Part shown: one piece after another, positions 58,053 to 64,000 of the stretch
How the letters are laid out: every line of letters starts with the position of its first letter
Position numbering within the stretch: position 1 is the stretch's first letter
NCBI GenBank assembly: GCA_965226495.1
Contig: OZ245365.1
Location: forward strand, 992,001-1,056,000
Origin: Candidatus Marinacidobacterales bacterium
GTDB lineage: Bacteria > Acidobacteriota > Vicinamibacteria > Marinacidobacterales > DATDRI01
Reading direction: 5' to 3'
Length of the DNA: 64,000 bases
Position numbers and translations under genes: made by a program
The notes under the pieces: generated by a model
What the model was told of the DNA's origin: nothing
What the model saw: only the letters and a program-made list of their open reading frames with translations
The model's database searches: none

Positions 58053-58612
58053 CAGTTGATCCCTTCCGAGTGCGGCGGCAGACTTCGCTGATACCTATCC
58101 CAGAGCTCGGTGATAACGTAGCCGCGGACTTCTACCGTCGGTCGCAATGCGGTGTAGGAGTCGAAGAGCGGTACGTATAGATGTCTTTCACCGGGCGGCG
58201 GGAGCTCATGGAGCTTTGCTACGACGTCTGGCTCAACGCTCGCCGAGGCGATGATAACCGGGGCCGCCGGTACATCCATACTGACTTCACTCCACCATCC
58301 GGTGTTCGGAAAGGACCTCAAATACCAGGGCAGGGGCCAGTATTCGTGTTCCGGAGCAATCACTTCAATAAAGATGTTGTTTCCGTTCGGATGGGATTCC
58401 GCTACGCTTTGGACCCTCCGAGCAATCCGTATGACATCTTCGTTGGGATGGGCGTAGACATACGGATTGCCCGGGTCGGCGTAGTACTCATAGTTGGACA
58501 GGTAGGACTGTCGGGTGAGATGGATGCCGGCCGGGACGAGCACGACGACTACCGCAGCCTGAACGAACCGGCGTGAAGACAAGTGGAATGCGGCCGTCAC
58601 ACCTACGACGGA
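58052..58612 (-). pseudogene. C-terminal remnant of a TIGR03663-like membrane glycosyltransferase-associated protein
   Basis: NPYVYAH and YWPLPWYLR motifs. The N-terminal multi-TM region is missing. Confidence 0.6.
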
Positions 58613-58727
58613 CCGGCTCGAAGGGAGGGTCGAAAAACTTGTTCACGTGGCGCCAGGCGTTGCTGTGGGCACGGCCCATGAACTGGTAACTCATCATTGC
58701 AATGTTGAGCTTCTTCGTCATAGCCAT
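58612..58727 (-). pseudogene. N-terminal remnant of a Gfo/Idh/MocA oxidoreductase
   Basis: KKLNIAMMSYQFMGRAHSNAWRHVNKFFD, then an abrupt junction. Confidence 0.75.
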
Positions 58728-58870
58728 CCTCGCCGAATGAGGTCCAAAATATGTGGGTCGAGCGTCCTCGAGTCTAAGCCTATTGGCGAAGCTTCAATAA
58801 GCACTAGGATCGGCGACTGGATCTTCCCTGGCGAACGGCATAAAGTTATCCCAGCGAAAAATGGATCGAC

Positions 58871-60013
58871 ATGCCAAGGTTCTATATCGATAAGCTGTTT
58901 GTCTCCCTCGCGCCCGCTTTATTGCTTGGGTTCGCCGAACCCGCGACGGAAGGCGACAAGCTGAGCAAGAACGACAAGAAGTGGCTCGAGCAAGAGGTCG
59001 CCGCCTTCATAACCGTCGAGGAGGTCGAGATCTTCCATGACCTTTCTTCGAAAGACCGAGAGCTCTTTAGGGAGCTCTTCTGGGCCCGCCGGGATCCGGA
59101 TCCCAGGACACCCGACAACGAGTTCCGGGAGGAGCTGAAGAGGAGGATCAAGCGAGCGGACGAGGAGGGTCGCCTGCTGGAGCCTAACTACCGGTCCTAC
59201 ATAGGCGGTCGCACCAAGACGCTGCTCGGCGAGTTGCTCGACACCAAAATCGAAAACCCAGCGATACCCTTCGAAACGTGGGAATGCTTCTTCCAAGCAG
59301 AAGAGGGGAGTGTCTACGTCCCCACCCTGTTCGAGATTCAGGCGGACGCGTTGAGCTGGAACGAGGACACGGCCCAGGTGACGCTATTTGGGGCCGTCCA
59401 GAATTCCGAAGGTCTCGTCCTTCACCCCTTCGAGCAGGCAGTGGATCTCGTGAAGAACGAAGATGGGACCGTGAGCTATGAGTTGCCGCTCCAAGTAGCC
59501 TCGGGCGAGTACACATTCCACTTTGGAGTCCTCGACGACAAATCCAACGCTGTAGGGACCAAGGTCTTTCCCGTCGTTGTTCCAGCCTTTGGAGATACGC
59601 TGGGGCTGTCATCGGTGATCGTTTACAGTGAAGCCCGTCAGGTTGCGGATGTGGCCGGAACGCCGGGACACGCCTTTCAGTTCGGATCGACGCATCTGGT
59701 CCCCATCACGAGTGATACGCTCACGTACAAGACGAGCGACAACCTGGGGCTTTTTTACTTCGTTTACGGATATGGCGTCGATCAAGAGACTAGCCAGCCG
59801 GCCCTAACGGAACAATACGTCTTCTTCAAGGATGGGAAGCGATTGACTCAAACCGCGGTGCAGCCGCTTCCGGCTGACGACCGGAACGCCGTCGGCAACG
59901 TCGACATCGCCCTTTCCCATTTCGAGCCCGGAAATTACCGAGTCCAAATCAAAGTGATCGATCGGGTTAAGGAGGAAACGCTCACCCAGGAGCTCGAGTT
60001 CGCCCTAAACTAA
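58871..60013 (+). CDS. GWxTD-family protein apparently lacking the GWxTD segment
   Basis: KKWLEQEVAAFIT, FWARRDPDP.TPDNEFREE..RRI, then jumps to C-terminal beta domains (LSSVI, PGNYRVQIKVID). Confidence 0.7.
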   Translation: MPRFYIDKLFVSLAPALLLGFAEPATEGDKLSKNDKKWLEQEVAAFITVEEVEIFHDLSSKDRELFRELFWARRDPDPRTPDNEFREELKRRIKRADEEGRLLEPNYRSYIGGRTKTLLGELLDTKIENPAIPFETWECFFQAEEGSVYVPTLFEIQADALSWNEDTAQVTLFGAVQNSEGLVLHPFEQAVDLVKNEDGTVSYELPLQVASGEYTFHFGVLDDKSNAVGTKVFPVVVPAFGDTLGLSSVIVYSEARQVADVAGTPGHAFQFGSTHLVPITSDTLTYKTSDNLGLFYFVYGYGVDQETSQPALTEQYVFFKDGKRLTQTAVQPLPADDRNAVGNVDIALSHFEPGNYRVQIKVIDRVKEETLTQELEFALN

Positions 60014-60038
60014 TCGAACTCGACCGCAACGAGCAGCC

Positions 60039-62291
60039 GTGCGTAACCTGATCACTCCTCTCATCGCCCTATCGCTTTCGGTACCGGCCCTAGAAGCCCA
60101 GGATCCCGCCACCGCAAAGCAAGCCGGGGTACCAGTGGGCTCGGCCGCGTTGGTGGCGGAGCCGCCGGTCATCGACGGACGTCTCAACGACGCCGCCTGG
60201 AACGAGGCGCCGATCCTTGCCAACTTCGTGCAGCGGGAGCCGCACGAGGGAGAACCGGTCTCACAGCGGACCGAGATCCGTCTGCTATATGACGACTCGG
60301 CGCTATACGTCGGCGCGTGGATGTTCGTCGACGACCCGTCCACGATTATCGTAGGGGAGACCCGTCGCGATGCGTCGCTCGAGAACACCGACGCCTTCTT
60401 GATGGTGATCGACACCTATTTGGACCGGCAGAACGCGTTCGCGTTCGGCACCACACCCGCGGGCATCGAGTACGACGGCCAGGTTACCCGCGACGGTCGG
60501 GGCGGCGGCGGGAGAGGCGGCCGTCAGCAGGGTGGGTCCGGCGGCGGATTCAACCTGAATTGGGATGGCGCCTGGGACGTCGCAACCTCCACCGACGCCG
60601 ACGGCTGGTATGCCGAGCTTCGCATCCCCTTCGATACTCTGCGCTACCGCAAAGGAGGTGAGCAGACCTGGGGTGTCAACTTTGCACGAAACATCCGCAT
60701 CCGCAATGAAGAGGCGGTATGGTCGCCAATCCCGCGAAATTTCAATCTGTACCGAGTATCGCTTGCGGGAACCCTCACCGAGTTCGAGGCGCCCCACCGG
60801 AAGATCTTCACCATAACACCTTATGTCCTCGGTGATGTTTCTCGGGACTATACGCTCGACTCTTCGGCGACGGCCGACGGTGCAATCGGCGGAGAGGCCA
60901 AGATCGGACTGACGCAGAGCCTGGCGCTGGATTTGACGATCAACACCGACTTCGCTCAGGTCGAGGTGGATGATCTACAGATCAACCTCACCCGATTCCC
61001 ATTGTTCTTTCCGGAGAAGCGGTTGTTCTTTCTCGAGAACGCGGGGTCGTTCTCAGTGGGTACGCCGCGATCCGCTGAGCTATTTTTCAGTAGGCGCATC
61101 GGCCTCTTCGAAGGCGAATCGGTTCCGATACAGGGAGGTGCCCGCTTGACCGGAAAGATGGCCGGGATGCAGGTTGCACTCTTGGCCATCCAGGCCGATT
61201 TCCTCGATGTCTTCGACGACGCAATCGGTGAGGATCTTCACGAGCCACCCAACAACTTCGGTGTGGTGCGACTGTTCCAGGAGTTCGAGAACCGCACCCG
61301 TGTCGGCGGAATCTTCGTTTCGCGAGTGAACACCGACAATTCGAGCGACTACAACCTTACCTACGCCGTCGATGGTACGTACGGAATCGGTGAGGCCGTC
61401 AATTTCACCGGCTGGGCCGCGGGGACGACGACGCCAGGGGTGGAGAGCGGACAATACGGGTTCAACTTCAACAGCGCGTACGACACTCGCGACTGGCGTC
61501 TGTCCGCGCGCTATCGGGAGATCGGAGCGGGGTTCAACCCCGAGGTCGGGTTCCTGACCCGGGAAGACTACCGCCACGTCAATGCCAGTGTCCGGCGCAA
61601 TTACCGTTTTCCGAACGTCGAATGGTTCAGGGAGATGAGGCCGCATGCTTCGTGGTCCCATTTCTGGGACCTCGAGGGGTTCACCGAGACCTACATGGTC
61701 CATATCGACAGCCACTTCGAGTTCTCGAACGGGGCCTTCTTCCAGCTCCCGGCGTTGAACTTCGTCGGCGAAGGACTCAAGGAGCCGTTCGAGATCAGAG
61801 AAGGAATCTTCATTCCACCCGGAAGGTACGATAACTTCAATTGGGGATTCCGGGCCAAGACCAACGAGAGCGCCCCGTTTTCGCTGGAGAGCAGCATCGA
61901 CGCGGGCAGCTTCTTCTCGGGTCGACGGGTCGGAACCACCACCACGCTCAACTACCGCTACCAGGATAAGTTCATCACCTCGCTGCGGGTGAGCTACTTC
62001 GACGTGAACCTGAAGGAGGGTGACTTTGCGACGTCGCTCGTGGCCCTCAAGGCATCGTACACGTTCACGCCACGGATCTTTCTTCAGGCCACGATTCAGT
62101 ACGACAACGAGAGCGAGGATGTGGGCAGCAATATCCGCTTCGGATGGCTGAACACCGCCGGCACCGGCCTGTACGTCGTGTACAACGACATCCAACACTT
62201 CGGCGTTTTCGATCGCACCGGATTCGATAGAGGCCCGAAGGGCCGGCAGCTCATCATCAAGTACACGAAGCAGTTCGACATCGGCCGCTAG
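60039..62291 (+). CDS. CBM9-like + DUF5916 outer-membrane protein
   Basis: PPVIDGRLND.AW, W.AELRIPF, TINTDFAQVEVD, FFPEKR.FFLEN, FFSRRIG, GFNPEVGF. Confidence 0.85.
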   Translation: MRNLITPLIALSLSVPALEAQDPATAKQAGVPVGSAALVAEPPVIDGRLNDAAWNEAPILANFVQREPHEGEPVSQRTEIRLLYDDSALYVGAWMFVDDPSTIIVGETRRDASLENTDAFLMVIDTYLDRQNAFAFGTTPAGIEYDGQVTRDGRGGGGRGGRQQGGSGGGFNLNWDGAWDVATSTDADGWYAELRIPFDTLRYRKGGEQTWGVNFARNIRIRNEEAVWSPIPRNFNLYRVSLAGTLTEFEAPHRKIFTITPYVLGDVSRDYTLDSSATADGAIGGEAKIGLTQSLALDLTINTDFAQVEVDDLQINLTRFPLFFPEKRLFFLENAGSFSVGTPRSAELFFSRRIGLFEGESVPIQGGARLTGKMAGMQVALLAIQADFLDVFDDAIGEDLHEPPNNFGVVRLFQEFENRTRVGGIFVSRVNTDNSSDYNLTYAVDGTYGIGEAVNFTGWAAGTTTPGVESGQYGFNFNSAYDTRDWRLSARYREIGAGFNPEVGFLTREDYRHVNASVRRNYRFPNVEWFREMRPHASWSHFWDLEGFTETYMVHIDSHFEFSNGAFFQLPALNFVGEGLKEPFEIREGIFIPPGRYDNFNWGFRAKTNESAPFSLESSIDAGSFFSGRRVGTTTTLNYRYQDKFITSLRVSYFDVNLKEGDFATSLVALKASYTFTPRIFLQATIQYDNESEDVGSNIRFGWLNTAGTGLYVVYNDIQHFGVFDRTGFDRGPKGRQLIIKYTKQFDIGR

Positions 62292-62465
62292 AACGTCAAT
62301 TTGATCGAGACCTGCGGAGGAGCGAAAGATGTTTCGTAGATGGAAATGGCTCGCGGCAGCACCATTGCTTTTCTACGCGTGTCAGCTGCCGGCTCGACGC
62401 CAACGATCAGATCTATCTCGACTACACCGGCGGGGGACTCTACGCGGAGTTTCAGCTTCGGCGCC

Positions 62466-63067
62466 CCTGGTTCGCAGGGGGAACCATTACCGTGGCGTCG
62501 GTCCAGGCGGACCGGTACAACCTGGCGGAGGGGGAAGCCGCTTTCGAAGACGGGACGGTGAACTACCTCTCCCTTCCCGCCGTAGACATCGGGCTCCAAC
62601 ACCTGTCTTCCATCGGACTCGATACCATCCACCAACGGGTGCGTTGTCTGACGGCTTGGCTCATCGATAGCCTCGTGGCCCTGCGGCACGGAAACGGCGC
62701 CTCACCGATTCGCCTCTACGGCGCGCCGTCGACCGAATGGAGGGGTGGTACGGTCACCATGAACTTCTACCATGCCGACGGGCAGGTCATCGACCATCTC
62801 GTCATCGAGGCCGAAGCGGCCAAGGAAGGGATCTCGCTCCGCACTGGCTGCTTCTGCAATCCGGGGGCGGGGGAGACGGCGCTCGAGCTTTCGAAGCCGG
62901 AGCTGACCGCCTGCTTCGCGGAACACACCAACCTCACGCTCAACGACTTTCGCTTGTGTATCGATGGCAAGAGCACCGGAGCGGTGAGAGTGTCGACCGG
63001 GCTGGTGACGAACTTCGCCGACGTCTATCGCTTCCCTCAATTCGCCGCGAAATTCATCGAAGCGTAA
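62466..63067 (+). pseudogene. C-terminal remnant of a class V aminotransferase (MoCo sulfurase-like)
   Basis: PWFAGGTITVASVQ, FEDGTVNYL, LRTGCFCNPGA, GAVRVS. The PLP-lysine region is missing. Confidence 0.8.
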
Positions 63068-63076
63068 ACTGCTTCC

Positions 63077-64000
63077 TCACTGAACCTTGTTCGTGAGGGT
63101 GCCAATACCCTCAATCCAGCTGACCGCGACGTCGCCCTTCTTCATGAAGACCGGAGGATTGCGACCCGCTCCCACTCCCGAGGGGCTTCCGGTGGCGATC
63201 ACGTCACCCGGCCGCAACATTAGTATGTTGGAGGCGTAGTGGACTAACTCGTAGACGTTATGCCACATGTAGGACGTATTCGAGTCCTGCATTACCTGGC
63301 CGTTCAAGGTGAACTTGATCGCTAGGTTCATCGGATCCTTAGTGAACTCCTTGGGAACGATGAAGGGACCCATGGGGGCATAGGTGTCACGTCCTTTTCC
63401 GATCAGCCAATCGGAGCCATACCGGTCATCTCCACGACCCGCTCGATCGGAGACGTCGTTCTCGATGGTGTAGCCGAAGATGTAGTCGTTGGCATCTTCG
63501 ATGCTCACGCGGCTAGCCGGGCGGCCGATAACGATGGCGAGCTCGCACTCCCAGTCCAGCTCGTCGCGCCCCGGAGCCATGCGGATGGCCTCGCCATCGG
63601 CGATGATGGCCGTTCTCGGCTTCGGGAATAAATAAGGATTGTGTCGTATGTCTCCGGGCTTCCGTTCCCAGATATACGGAATGGATTCAGGCGGCTCAGC
63701 GGTTTCGGCAGCCTCTCTCTCGGCGGGCGAAGACATTTCTTCCTGATGCGCCTTGTAGTTCTGGGCAGCGTTGAGCATGGTCTCCGGATACACGATCGGT
63801 GGCCGAATCACGAGTGACTGGAGATCGTGGACATAGACCGGCGCGTCCCCGGCTCGGGAAGCCCGATCGACCTCGTTTACGATCTGGTAAACTCGCTGCT
63901 TCAAGCCGTCGAGCTCGTAGCGTCCGATCAACTCCTTCATGTCGAGGGCCATGAAGAGTTCGTTGGCTTTCGAGAGATCGACGACCGTTGAGTCCTGAAC
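63077..64000 (-). CDS. Fumarylacetoacetate hydrolase family protein (5' end beyond window)
   Basis: NY..H, DWECEL, GYTIENDVSDR, GKGRDTYAPMGP, PGDVIATGSPSGVG. Confidence 0.9.
   Translation of the reverse strand, partial: VQDSTVVDLSKANELFMALDMKELIGRYELDGLKQRVYQIVNEVDRASRAGDAPVYVHDLQSLVIRPPIVYPETMLNAAQNYKAHQEEMSSPAEREAAETAEPPESIPYIWERKPGDIRHNPYLFPKPRTAIIADGEAIRMAPGRDELDWECELAIVIGRPASRVSIEDANDYIFGYTIENDVSDRAGRGDDRYGSDWLIGKGRDTYAPMGPFIVPKEFTKDPMNLAIKFTLNGQVMQDSNTSYMWHNVYELVHYASNILMLRPGDVIATGSPSGVGAGRNPPVFMKKGDVAVSWIEGIGTLTNKVQ

Noticed and set aside
1-64000. CRISPR array, rRNA, tRNA or prophage
   Set aside because: No regularly spaced repeat-spacer units, RNA-gene signatures or phage genes were seen by eye.

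Overview
GC-rich bacterial chromosomal segment. The Oar-type TonB receptor, GWxTD-family, sulfatase-TPR and DUF4388 proteins suggest Acidobacteriota (Vicinamibacteria-like); this is inference. Main content: an IS481-like element; soxBDAG linked to a hydantoinase/oxoprolinase pair, DUF3179 and a TonB receptor; an MFS transporter followed by a solo HipA-family YjjJ kinase; large NAD-GDH with cupin, DsbA and split aconitase X; sulfatase-like TPR; ABC1 kinase plus TPR; an FGE-domain protein; an orphan PrnB-family gene; an amidohydrolase/proline-racemase/amidase run; cimA; a divergent DUF4388/GGDEF pair; cusAB with a broken TolC; ApbE; DUF5916; and an FAH-family gene. Signals not shown by the ORF track: (1) two independent cases where cargo (yjjJ; IS+soxBDAG) lies between an intact gene and a slightly diverged copy of that gene's own 3' end; (2) an AT-rich yjjJ promoter with helically phased GAATGATT repeats; (3) a complete, apparently leaderless, Ile-sensing leader-peptide attenuator upstream of cimA; (4) divergent sigma54-type promoters with palindromes between them; (5) more than a dozen gene remnants or internally deleted genes. 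All product calls come from reading motifs by eye; no database search was run.
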